From an uncultured Pseudomonadota bacterium (GTDB lineage: Bacteria > Pseudomonadota > Alphaproteobacteria > JACZXZ01), in contig CAVVLJ010000020.1 in NCBI GenBank assembly GCA_963749075.1, forward strand, positions 768,001 to 832,000: a stretch of DNA of 64,000 bases, read 5' to 3'. This document shows positions 1-8,499 of the stretch, one piece after another. Within the stretch, counting starts at the first letter, position 1. Each line of letters begins with the position of its first letter. The notes below the pieces were generated by a model that searched no databases, had not been told where the DNA came from, and saw nothing but the letters and a program-made list of their open reading frames with translations. A program made the position numbers and the translations under genes.

Positions 1-895
1 TGCGCCCGATGTATTCCCCCAGCACGCCGATGGCCATGAGCTGCACCCCGCCCATGAACACCACCAGCACGATGATCGTCGGCACGCCCATCGGGTACTG
101 CATGCCGAGCGCCACCTTGGCGACGAGGATGAAGAGGATCATCGCCAGGCTGAAGAGGAGCACGCCGAAGCCGGTCCACAGCATGAAGGAGAGCGGATAG
201 GTCGAGAAGCCGAAGACGCCGTTGAAGCCGATGCGCAGCGAGCCGAGATAGCGGTTGTACTTGCTGTCGCCGGCCTCGCGCGCCTCGCGCTCGTATTCGA
301 GGAAGGTCTGGCGCAAGCCGACGAGAGCCACGAGGCCGCGGAGAAAGCCGTGGCTCTCGCTCAAGTAGCGCAGCTCCTCGATGACGCGGCGGTTGATGAT
401 GCGGAAGTCGCCCGTATTGCGCGGGATCGCAACCTCGGAGATGCGGTTGATCAGCCGGTAGCCGAGCTCGGACACGAAGCGCTTGACCGCCGTCTCGCCC
501 TTCCGGCTGGCACGTCGCGCGGTCACCACGTCGTAGCCCTCCGCGAGCTTGGCGAACATCCCTTCGATCAGTTCGGGAGGGTCCTGGAGGTCGACGTCGA
601 TCACCGCGCACGTCTCGCCCCGGCAGTTCAGGATGCCGGCCATCGTCGCCGCCGGTTGGCCGAAGCGCCGGCTGAAGCGGAGGAGGGCGATTCTCACGTC
701 GCGTGCCGCCTCCGCCGCGATGAACTCCTCGGTGCGATCGGGGCTGGGATCGAGGCAGAAGATGATCTCAAAGGAACCGATGCGCTCGAGCACCGGGCGC
801 AGGCGGGCGAGGAAGGGACGGATATTGTCCTCTTCCTTGTAGACCGGGACGACGACCGAGATCCTGGGGAGCGAAACCGCGTCCATGCCCATCAT
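1..895 (-). CDS. GtrB/YkcC-like GT2 polyprenyl-phosphate glycosyltransferase (3' end runs off the window)
   Basis: Manual minus-strand translation: MMGMDAVSLPRISVVVPVYKEEDNI...FSRRFGQPAA...VIDVDLQDPPELI...TGDFRII..., then two C-terminal TM helices ending LGEYIGR. GGAAGG RBS upstream of ATG 895. Absent from the ORF track because there is no stop in the window. Confidence 0.9.
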   Translation of the reverse strand, partial: MMGMDAVSLPRISVVVPVYKEEDNIRPFLARLRPVLERIGSFEIIFCLDPSPDRTEEFIAAEAARDVRIALLRFSRRFGQPAATMAGILNCRGETCAVIDVDLQDPPELIEGMFAKLAEGYDVVTARRASRKGETAVKRFVSELGYRLINRISEVAIPRNTGDFRIINRRVIEELRYLSESHGFLRGLVALVGLRQTFLEYEREAREAGDSKYNRYLGSLRIGFNGVFGFSTYPLSFMLWTGFGVLLFSLAMILFILVAKVALGMQYPMGVPTIIVLVVFMGGVQLMAIGVLGEYIGR

Positions 896-1166
896 CGCCT
901 TCCGAACAGCCCCGGCCCAGGGCGCCGGTACGGTGGGCGGACCCAGAGCGCCTCGCGCGGGTCGGGACGGCCGCAGGAGCACGCGGCCCTTTACACACAA
1001 TCTCTGTGGTCAAGTCAAGCTGTCAACCCGACGTGTAGCCGTCGCAGGCGATGACGGCGGCTTGCGAGGAAGCTGCTGGACTGGCATCGGCGGGAACACT
1101 AAACATGCGAGACCTAGCGCCGGGCGTCGTGCCGCCCGGGCAAGCGGAACGCTTCGGTAGAGCGCG

Positions 1167-2066
1167 ATGACGAAGTTCGCCTTCGATTTTCCCAGCCCCG
1201 CGGAGGGCGCGCCGCCGCCGATATGGGCCGGCGATGCGTTCCGGGTCGGGGATGCGACGAAGCGCATCATCGCCTTCGAGGTCGGCCGATCGGGCTGGAC
1301 CGACGAGCTGACCCGCCTCCACGAAAAAGGCACCGGCCGGCACCATTTCATCAATGCGGCGTCCCGCGCATATGCGCTCGGCGCGATCAGGCGGCTCAAC
1401 GCGGCGGCCACCCCGATTATCCTCGAGGTCGGCTGCGCGTCGGGCTTCTTCGTGAGCGACCTCGTTGCCGCCTTTCCCCAAGCGCACGTCATGGGCGCCG
1501 ACTATACCCTCGAGACCCTCGAGGCGCTGGCCGAGCGCGTGCCCGGCATCCCGCTCATGCGCTTCGATCTGACGCGGTGCCCGCTGCCCGACGCCTCGGT
1601 CGACATCGTGGTGACGCTCAACGTGCTCGAGCACATCGAGAGGGATGACCTGGCGGTTCGGCACATGTACCGCATCCTGAAGCCGGGCGGCCTGATGATC
1701 GCCGAAGTGCCGGCAGGACCCGCGCTCTTCGACGCCTACGACAAGCTCCTCATGCATTATCGGCGCTACGACATGGGGCGGCTCGAGAAGCTGGTAGAGG
1801 CCGCCGGCTTCCGCACGCTCGAGAAGTCGCACCTCGGCTTCCTCATCTACCCGGCCTTCTGGCTGACGAAGAAGCTCACGCGCCTCAAGGCATCCCTGGT
1901 CGCGTCCGATGCCAAGGCTGCGGTCGAGCGCTCCATCGAGACGACGGGCCGTCTCAATCGTCTCGCCAATCCGCTCATGGCGTGCGAGGACTGGTTGCGT
2001 CGGCGCGCCTATCTGTCCTTCGGCATTCGCTGCCTCATCTGCTGCCGCAAGCCCGCTTCCGGCTGA
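1167..2066 (+). CDS. Class I SAM-dependent methyltransferase
   Basis: ILEVGCASG motif I, LNVLEHI, RILKPGG, and a D...HYRRY motif shared with 39638-40387. Confidence 0.9.
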   Translation: MTKFAFDFPSPAEGAPPPIWAGDAFRVGDATKRIIAFEVGRSGWTDELTRLHEKGTGRHHFINAASRAYALGAIRRLNAAATPIILEVGCASGFFVSDLVAAFPQAHVMGADYTLETLEALAERVPGIPLMRFDLTRCPLPDASVDIVVTLNVLEHIERDDLAVRHMYRILKPGGLMIAEVPAGPALFDAYDKLLMHYRRYDMGRLEKLVEAAGFRTLEKSHLGFLIYPAFWLTKKLTRLKASLVASDAKAAVERSIETTGRLNRLANPLMACEDWLRRRAYLSFGIRCLICCRKPASG

Positions 2067-2115
2067 ATGGGGCTCAAGAGGGCGATGCCGCGCTGCGCGG
2101 CTACGGCAATGCGGC

Positions 2116-2145
2116 TTGACCGGGAGGCACCGGGCAGGCTAACAG
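2116..2145 (+). promoter_or_regulatory. Possible sigma70 promoter for the flippase-like gene
   Basis: TTGACC-N18-TAACAG about 80 bp upstream of ATG 2225. Confidence 0.35.
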
Positions 2146-2224
2146 CCGGGTGCCCGTCCGGGCGATGGCATCCGCGCGGCGCCCTCTCGGGCCATGGGAC
2201 ACTTGAACGGGAAATCGAGCGACG

Positions 2225-3211
2225 ATGATGAGCGCCGCGGGCCGATCGGGCCGCCTGAGGAGCCTCCTTGCGCTGCTCGCCAAGGTGGGCGTGTCCGCCT
2301 TCCTGCTGTGGCTCATGCTGCGCCATCTCGATTGGGCGGACGTGGCCGCGCGCCTCAAGAGCATTTCCCCGCTCTCGCTCGGTGCGGCACTCCTCCTCAT
2401 CTATTTCGGCACGGCGCTGTCGGCGGCGCGCTGGTGGCTCATCCTCGTCGCGGTCAAGCACCGGCTGCCCATCCTCCTCCTGCTGCGCTACGTCCTCGTC
2501 GGCTTCTTTTTCAACCAGGCGCTGCCCTCCACGGTCGGCGGCGACGCCATGCGCATCCTCCTCGGCACGCGCGCCGGCCTGCCGGTGGACGTGGCCTTCC
2601 GCTCGGTGCTCGCGGAGCGCCTCATCGGCCTCTTCGTGCTGCTGCTGCTCAGCATCGCCGGGCTGCCGATGATGATGCGCTACTTCGCCATGGACTATCA
2701 CGCCTGGGTGCTCGCCGCGGTGATCCTCGGCGGCCTCGTCGGCATGGTCGCCGGCATGGCCCTCATCATCGTGAGCGGCTGGCTCAGGCGCTTCCGCCTC
2801 GGCCGCCTCGTCTACAATGTGGCGCACGACGTGCTCGCCGTGCTCCTGCACCGCCACTTCTTCGTCCTCGTCGCCGCCATCTCGCTCGTGGGCCAGGTCT
2901 CGGGCTGCCTCGCGATCTGGGCCATCGCGCGCGGGCTCGGGACCGACCTCGACGCGCTCCACACGCTCATGGTGGTGCCGACCGTGTTCGTGCTGCTCAT
3001 GGTGCCCGTCTCCATCGCCGGCTGGGGCCTGCGCGAATCGATGCTGCTGATCGGCCTCGGCATCGTCGGCGTGAGCGCCGGCGACGCGGTGCTCACCTCG
3101 CTGCTCTATGGCCTGGTCAACCTGTTCGGCAGCCTGGTCGGCGGCGCCCTGTGGCTCTTCGACACGACGCGGCGCCGCGCTCCGCTCGGGAGCGAGGCGG
3201 AGCCGCTTTGA
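2225..3211 (+). CDS. Lysylphosphatidylglycerol-synthase TM-domain (flippase-like) membrane protein
   Basis: About 8 TM helices with RWWLIL, GFFFNQALPSTVGGD..R, LAERLIGL and VPVSIAGWGLRE, typical of this family. Confidence 0.85.
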   Translation: MMSAAGRSGRLRSLLALLAKVGVSAFLLWLMLRHLDWADVAARLKSISPLSLGAALLLIYFGTALSAARWWLILVAVKHRLPILLLLRYVLVGFFFNQALPSTVGGDAMRILLGTRAGLPVDVAFRSVLAERLIGLFVLLLLSIAGLPMMMRYFAMDYHAWVLAAVILGGLVGMVAGMALIIVSGWLRRFRLGRLVYNVAHDVLAVLLHRHFFVLVAAISLVGQVSGCLAIWAIARGLGTDLDALHTLMVVPTVFVLLMVPVSIAGWGLRESMLLIGLGIVGVSAGDAVLTSLLYGLVNLFGSLVGGALWLFDTTRRRAPLGSEAEPL

Positions 3212-3251
3212 ACGCGCGGCCGCTCGCATTGCCAAGGGTGGTGCACTTTCC

Positions 3252-3776
3252 TCAGCCGCCCGCTCCCAGGCGCCACAGCCGCTTGAGAGATGCGAAGGCG
3301 CCGGCGACGGCGCGCCCGCGCGGCGTCAGGACATAGGCGCTCCCGCGTCGCCGCAAATAGCCGTTGAGCACCATGGTCTCGAGGCGCGCGCCCACGAGCT
3401 CCTTGGAGACGAACGCCTCGCTGAGCGTGCGCAAGGGGAGCACGCCGGCTGGCCTCTGCGAGAGGAGCACCAGCGACTGCACCGAGAGCGAGGTGCCGAT
3501 CACGAAGAGAAACGGCATATAGACGACGAAGAGGCACAGCATGACCAGGAGGCCGGCCGCGGCGTTGACGGCCGTCCCGCAGGCGAAGCCGCCTCCGAGC
3601 GCTGCGGAGCCGCCGGCGGCGAGGAGGCAGCTCGCCACCAGCGCCGCCGCCGCCGCCGCGAAGACCTGCACGATGAAGGCGAAGCGCCGGCGCACGGGCC
3701 GCAGCGCCAGGACGCCGAGGTGGCCGGCAAGGAAGACGAGAAACCAGAGCATGCCGAGGAGGAGGCCCGCGAGCAT
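3252..3776 (-). CDS. Small membrane protein with C-terminal winged-helix-like domain (paralog 1 of 4)
   Basis: ATG 3776 overlaps the upstream TGA (TGATG). About 3 TM helices, then TSLSVQSL...ARLETMVLNGYL...YVLTPRGR. Confidence 0.75.
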   Translation of the reverse strand: MLAGLLLGMLWFLVFLAGHLGVLALRPVRRRFAFIVQVFAAAAAALVASCLLAAGGSAALGGGFACGTAVNAAAGLLVMLCLFVVYMPFLFVIGTSLSVQSLVLLSQRPAGVLPLRTLSEAFVSKELVGARLETMVLNGYLRRRGSAYVLTPRGRAVAGAFASLKRLWRLGAGG

Positions 3777-4330
3777 CACACGCGCTCCCCGGCAAGGACG
3801 ACTTGCATGTGCAAGAGGCGCCGCAGCGTGCCGAAGAGGCGCGCGACGCGCCGCCCCTTCTCGAGGAGGCGCACCTCGTCCCCCTCGAGTGCCATGAGCG
3901 TATGGGCCCGCATGTCGTCCATGCGCTTGCCGTACATCCAGGCGATGCCCTTGCCGCCGCCGTAGCCGGCCATCACCTCCTCGAGGGTCATGTGCTCTCC
4001 TGCCGCCTCGCGGATGTCGATGAGGATGCGCAGCGAGAAGCCGCGGTCGGCGAGATTGTAGAGCTGAAGCACGCCGCCGAGGATGGCGGCACCATAGAAG
4101 ATCTCGACGGCGGCCACGTCGACCCAGGGGAAGGGCTCGACGAGGTCCGCGGGCAGCAGCCAAAGCTCGGCAGGCGTGAGGAGCGACGCGAGTGCCGCGA
4201 GAGGCGCGGACGCTGCGAAGAGGCGCAGCATGGCGGAAGCGCGGCTGTGCACGGTGCGGTACCGGAACGTCAGCGTGACCGCGGCGAAATATGCCGCCGT
4301 CATGGCCGCCGCGATGACGAGGGCCTTCAT
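3776..4330 (-). CDS. Small membrane protein with C-terminal winged-helix-like domain (paralog 2 of 4)
   Basis: MKALVIAAAM... with about 3 TM helices, then RGFSLRIL...KRMDDM...VRLLEKGRRVARLF. Confidence 0.75.
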   Translation of the reverse strand: MKALVIAAAMTAAYFAAVTLTFRYRTVHSRASAMLRLFAASAPLAALASLLTPAELWLLPADLVEPFPWVDVAAVEIFYGAAILGGVLQLYNLADRGFSLRILIDIREAAGEHMTLEEVMAGYGGGKGIAWMYGKRMDDMRAHTLMALEGDEVRLLEKGRRVARLFGTLRRLLHMQVVLAGERV

Positions 4331-4382
4331 CGCCGACCGCGCGGTCGCAGTCCGTGCCGCATGGCTGCCCCGCGCTCCCGCG

Positions 4383-6143
4383 TCATATCTGCGTCTTGTA
4401 GCTGGCCCAGGCCTTGGACAGCGTGCTGCGCAGCGCGCCATGGGGCAGGTTGGCGATGTTCACGCGCCGCAGGGTGAAGAGATCGGAGCGCGAGATGTCC
4501 GCGATCTTCTCCGCGAAGATGGGCGTCATCCAGGGATCGAAATTGGCGCTGATCGTCTTGCCGGTCAAGCCGTCGAAGGCCGGGGAGACGAGCTGGCGCA
4601 CGCAGTCGACGACCGTGTCGAGGGGGGCGCCGCCCTCCTTCATGATGACGCGCGTGCGGCGATAGTTGAGAAGCCCGGCGCGCTCGGGGCCGGCGGCGAG
4701 CGTCGCCTCGTGCATCGGCGTGGCGACGATGCCGGGCGCTATGGCGTTGACGGCGATGCCCTGATCCGCGAGCTCGGCGGCGAGCGTCTCGGTGAGCCGG
4801 ACCAAGGCCGCCTTCGAGCAGGCATAGGCGCTGTAATTGGGAAACGGGCTGAAGGCGCCGCCGCCCGAGAAATTGAGCACGCGCGCGGAGGGCGAGCGCT
4901 CGAGGAGCGGCAGGAAGCGCCGGATCATGAGGTAGCTGCCGAAGAGGTTGACGCGCACCGTATCGAACCAGCGCTCGCTGTCCGTGACGGCGATCGGGCC
5001 GATCTCGCCGAAGGTCCCGGCGCAATTGATGAGCACGTCGACGCGCTCCGTCCGCGCGGCCACGAAATCGGCAAAGGCGTTCACCTGGCGCTCGTCGCGG
5101 ACGTCGCACGACATTGCGGCGGCGGCCGCGTCGTGACGCGAGATCTCCGCGAGCGCCTCGGCGCCGCGCGCGCAGAGAAAGAGGCGGTGGCCGTCGCCCG
5201 CGAGCGCTTTTGCCAGCGCAGCACCGATGCCCGAGCTCGCACCGCTCAACACGATCGCGAGTGCTGCGGGCCGCGCGCGCGTGCCGGCCTCGGTCGGCTG
5301 CGGCTGCGCCGGGCGGAAGCCGATTTCGTCGACCGTATTGCCCGAGCGGAAGGCCGCCCTATGGCCGCGCTTGTTCATGCCGAGTGCCGCGGTCCTCTGC
5401 CGCCAGCGCCGCGAGACGCGAAGATCCCAGAACAGCCGGGCGAGCGTGACGAGCACGCTCGCGATGTTCTTGGGCGTCACCGCCTTGGAGGCGCCCGCGG
5501 TGCGCTCGTCGATCGGCAGGCCGACCTCGTAATAGGACAGTCCGAGCTCGAGCGCCTTGAGGAGCGCCTCGGCCTGGAAGCCGAAGCCGAAGGTCGAGAT
5601 CGGCTTGAGACGCAGGTACTCGATCGGATAGACGGTGAGCCCGTTGAAGTAACGCATGCGGTAGCCGAAGAGCGCGTTCACCGTATAGGTGAAGGCGGAG
5701 GAGACGACGCGCCTGCCCCAGGGCCGGTTCTCGGGATTTATGGAATAGGAGGTGACGACATCGGCCGCCCCGATGTTGCCGAAGAGCTCGAGGAACGAGC
5801 GGTAGGGCCAGGTGTTGTCGCCCGGGATATAGACGAAATAGGCCTTGGATGCCGCTTCGATGCCGCTCACGTAGGCTGCACCAAGACCCTTGTTCGCCGC
5901 GTGGTGGATGACCTTGACGCCTTGTGTCTCGCGCGCCAGCCGGTCGGCGATCTCACCCGTGCCGTCGCTGCTGCCGTCATCGACGACGATGATCTCGAAG
6001 TCCTCGACCGAGGTGGTGAGCGCGCGCAGCAGGCGCTCGACGGTCGGCGCCAGATTGCGCTCCTCGTTGAGGACGGGAACCAGGACGGTGAGCGATTTCG
6101 CACTCTGCGCGCGGCGGCCGCCGCGTCCGTTGTTTGCATCCAT
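4383..6143 (-). CDS. Fusion of a DPM1-like GT2 and a short-chain dehydrogenase/reductase (SDR)
   Basis: N-terminal VLVPVLNEE, IVVDDGSSDGT, NKGLGAA, FGFQAE. C-terminal SGASSGIG, LINCAG, YSAYACSK (YxxxK), VNAIAPG. One continuous ORF; the start may instead be 6164. Confidence 0.85.
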   Translation of the reverse strand: MDANNGRGGRRAQSAKSLTVLVPVLNEERNLAPTVERLLRALTTSVEDFEIIVVDDGSSDGTGEIADRLARETQGVKVIHHAANKGLGAAYVSGIEAASKAYFVYIPGDNTWPYRSFLELFGNIGAADVVTSYSINPENRPWGRRVVSSAFTYTVNALFGYRMRYFNGLTVYPIEYLRLKPISTFGFGFQAEALLKALELGLSYYEVGLPIDERTAGASKAVTPKNIASVLVTLARLFWDLRVSRRWRQRTAALGMNKRGHRAAFRSGNTVDEIGFRPAQPQPTEAGTRARPAALAIVLSGASSGIGAALAKALAGDGHRLFLCARGAEALAEISRHDAAAAAMSCDVRDERQVNAFADFVAARTERVDVLINCAGTFGEIGPIAVTDSERWFDTVRVNLFGSYLMIRRFLPLLERSPSARVLNFSGGGAFSPFPNYSAYACSKAALVRLTETLAAELADQGIAVNAIAPGIVATPMHEATLAAGPERAGLLNYRRTRVIMKEGGAPLDTVVDCVRQLVSPAFDGLTGKTISANFDPWMTPIFAEKIADISRSDLFTLRRVNIANLPHGALRSTLSKAWASYKTQI

Positions 6144-6292
6144 CCGGGCTGGGTCTCCCATCATGCCGGAAGCGCGCCGGCGGGCATTCGGTCTCGGAAA
6201 ATATCGCCCGCAACGGCGCACGACAACCGCGAATACTCCGGGCGGCACTCTGCCGAACGCCGGGCGGGCTTCGGAGCTTGCCGCCTCCCGGA

Positions 6293-7202
6293 CTATGCGT
6301 CCCGGCCAAGCGGCCGCCGTGCCACGATGCCGATGTTCCCGACGTTGATGTTGAGCGCCTTGGAAGCCAGGCCTGCGGTTTCGAGGAGGCTGCGCATCGC
6401 GCGCTTGACGGCCGCCGGCACGGTCGGGGCGCGGTCCGCGAAGAAGCCGAGCGAGTAGCAGTTGGGCGTCGACAGCACGGCGATCGGCTCGAGACCGTTG
6501 CGGGCAACGAGCTTTGCCAGGGTGCGCTTGGAGAAGAAATAGTGGTGATAGAAATTGAAGGGCGGGAATTTCTCGCTCATGAGCCTGGCCAGCATCGACT
6601 CGACGTTGTGGACCACGGCGATGAGCACGCCACCGGGCTTGAGGTGCCGGCGCGCCCGCGACAGCACCTCGTTCGGATAGACCAGATGGTCCACGACGTG
6701 GATCAGGGAAACCAGGTCGAAGTAGTCCGCCGGATAGTCCTGCTCTTCGTAGAACTTCTCGGAGATGCGGCTTCCGGGAAGCCGCTCGGCGATGCGGCGC
6801 GCGGTCGGATTGGGCTCGGTGCCATAGAGCTCCTTGAAGCCGTCCTCGCGCGCGATCTCCAGGAGGAACCCCATGTCGCAGCCGATGTCGAGCAGGCGCT
6901 CGCGGCCGGCGAGGTGAGGCCGCGCCAGCCCGTAATAGCCCCGCATGGTGGTCCGCACGTTGGCTTCCTCGCCGGCACTCACGTTGGTGTGCGGCGAGCC
7001 CTCGTAGAGCGCCTTCACCTCGCTCTCGTCGAAGATCGGGCTCGAATAGATGAGGCCGCAGCCGGCGCAGCGGTTGATGGCATAGTGCCCGCCGTAGGGG
7101 TCGAGCGCCCGGCTATAGGCAGCACCCGGAGGAAGCGTGCTGCCATAGAGCAGCCGCCGCTCGCGCGAGCCGCAGAATCTGGCAAGGCGCCAAGTCTCTC
7201 AA
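6293..7202 (-). CDS. Class I SAM methyltransferase with N-terminal Zn-ribbon (apparent +1 frameshift near 7182)
   Basis: LLDIGCDMG, LKPGG, HHYFFS. The upstream in-frame sequence FCGS...RCAGCGLIY has no start. GGAGG-N9-TTG at 7202 gives MRDLAPC in another frame, and removing one base restores CxxC. Confidence 0.8.
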
Positions 7203-7373
7203 CGAGGGCGTCCTCCGGGCGAGACGGTTCAAGACACGAAGAACCAGACGGCCCTGTTAGTGGCGATACCCTGCCTCTCAGTCAAGCGCTTCCGGCAGTG
7301 CGGTCCCTCCGGCCGGCCGCGCTCGGCCGTTTGCGCAGAGAAACGCCCGCGCCGTTCCGCGCGAAATCGTTCG

Positions 7374-7402
7374 TTGTCGGGGCCCGGGTCAGCTTGTATA
7401 AG
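7374..7402 (+). promoter_or_regulatory. Putative sigma70 promoter for paralogs 3/4 and the YfhO-like gene
   Basis: TTGTCG-N17-TATAAG about 70 bp upstream of ATG 7475. Confidence 0.5.
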
Positions 7403-7474
7403 CGGTCTGCCGTCTCGACGGCATTGGCGCCGCCGCCCCGGCGGTGCCGATGCCGCGCGGCATTCCGGTCGGGC

Positions 7475-8014
7475 ATGCTGGGGCATCGGGTGGATCGTTG
7501 CGCTCTCATCCTCATCGTGCTGGGCTTGGCCCTGGGGCCGGGACTCAATTTCGCCGCCTACGTCGTGCGCTTGCGCGATCTGCGCTGGTGCCAGCGGGAG
7601 CGCGGCATCCTGCTCTATCATTTATTCTGGAGTGCGGCGCTGAGCGTGCTGGCGCTCGTTGCGGCGTTGGCGCTTGGGTCCTCGGGCGCCTGGGCGGCGG
7701 CGCTCGCGGCCGTCTCGTGTCAAGGCATCTACAGCCTGTCCTTCCTCGAGGCCTGGTCGCTGACCCAAGGGAGCCATTCGATCGGCATTCTGGCGAGTGC
7801 CGCTTCCGCGCCCGGCGGCGTGCCGCGGGAGGGGCTCATCGCGAGCCACGTGCACATCGGCGACGAGAAGAAGGCCTACCGGCTCATCGTCGTCGAGAGC
7901 CTGGGCCTCGTCCGCCTCGAGGGCGAGCGGGTTGCCCTGACCAGGCGCGGCCGCTGGTTTGCCGCCTTCCTGGCACTCCTCCATTGGATCGCGAAGCTCG
8001 ACGAGGCCCAATAA
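7475..8014 (+). CDS. Small membrane protein with C-terminal winged-helix-like domain (paralog 3 of 4)
   Basis: About 3 TM helices, then GSHSIGIL...YRLIVVESLGLVRLEGERVALTRRGR. This is the 3' part of track ORF 6134-8014. Confidence 0.7.
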   Translation: MLGHRVDRCALILIVLGLALGPGLNFAAYVVRLRDLRWCQRERGILLYHLFWSAALSVLALVAALALGSSGAWAAALAAVSCQGIYSLSFLEAWSLTQGSHSIGILASAASAPGGVPREGLIASHVHIGDEKKAYRLIVVESLGLVRLEGERVALTRRGRWFAAFLALLHWIAKLDEAQ

Positions 8015-8018
8015 TCAG

Positions 8019-8492
8019 ATGTGGCTCCTCTCGCCGATCGCGGCGCTCGCCGCGGCCATAGCGGCCCACGGCCTGATCTGCCGGCTCGTCGGCCAGTCGA
8101 TCGGCGTCGCGAAGTTCCTCGCCGTCGGCCTGCCGGCCGGCGCCCTCCTGGCGTGGTGGCTCGTCCGGCACTACGGCGCCTCGCCGGAGACGCTCGGCGC
8201 CTTGGCCGCTTATGCGTTCGGCAGCGAGATCTATCTCTTCTTGTTCAATTCCGCCGCGACGAGCGTGTCGGCCAATCTGCTGGTCCATCTCAGGCACGGC
8301 ACCGCGTCGCTCGCGCAGATCGCCGGGCGCTACGACAGCGGCGAGATGGTCGCTCGGCGGATCGACTGGATGGTCGAGGGAGGTCTCTTGGCGGTCTCGG
8401 CGGGCGGGCGCCTGACGCCGACCGAGGCGGGCCTCAGGCTGGTGAAATGGCGGGGGCGGTTGCGCCGCTTCTTCAGGCACGACCCGCCGTGA
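8019..8492 (+). CDS. Small membrane protein with C-terminal winged-helix-like domain (paralog 4 of 4)
   Basis: About 3 TM helices, then TSVSANLL...RRIDWMVEGGLL...LTPTEAG. Starts 4 nt after the upstream stop. Confidence 0.75.
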   Translation: MWLLSPIAALAAAIAAHGLICRLVGQSIGVAKFLAVGLPAGALLAWWLVRHYGASPETLGALAAYAFGSEIYLFLFNSAATSVSANLLVHLRHGTASLAQIAGRYDSGEMVARRIDWMVEGGLLAVSAGGRLTPTEAGLRLVKWRGRLRRFFRHDPP

Positions 8493-8499
8493 GCAAGGC

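Noticed and set aside
350-1054. Track ORF of 234 aa on the plus strand, and many similar long antisense or alternate-frame ORFs (4176-6458, 12153-13940, 39560-42169, 58564-60891)
   Set aside because: They are shadows of clearly recognisable genes in high-GC DNA, are Arg/Ala/Pro-rich and have no motifs.
6134-7474. N-terminal 447 codons of track ORF 6134-8014
   Set aside because: They are antisense to the methyltransferase. Only the part from 7475 looks like a real protein and has its own promoter-like sequence.
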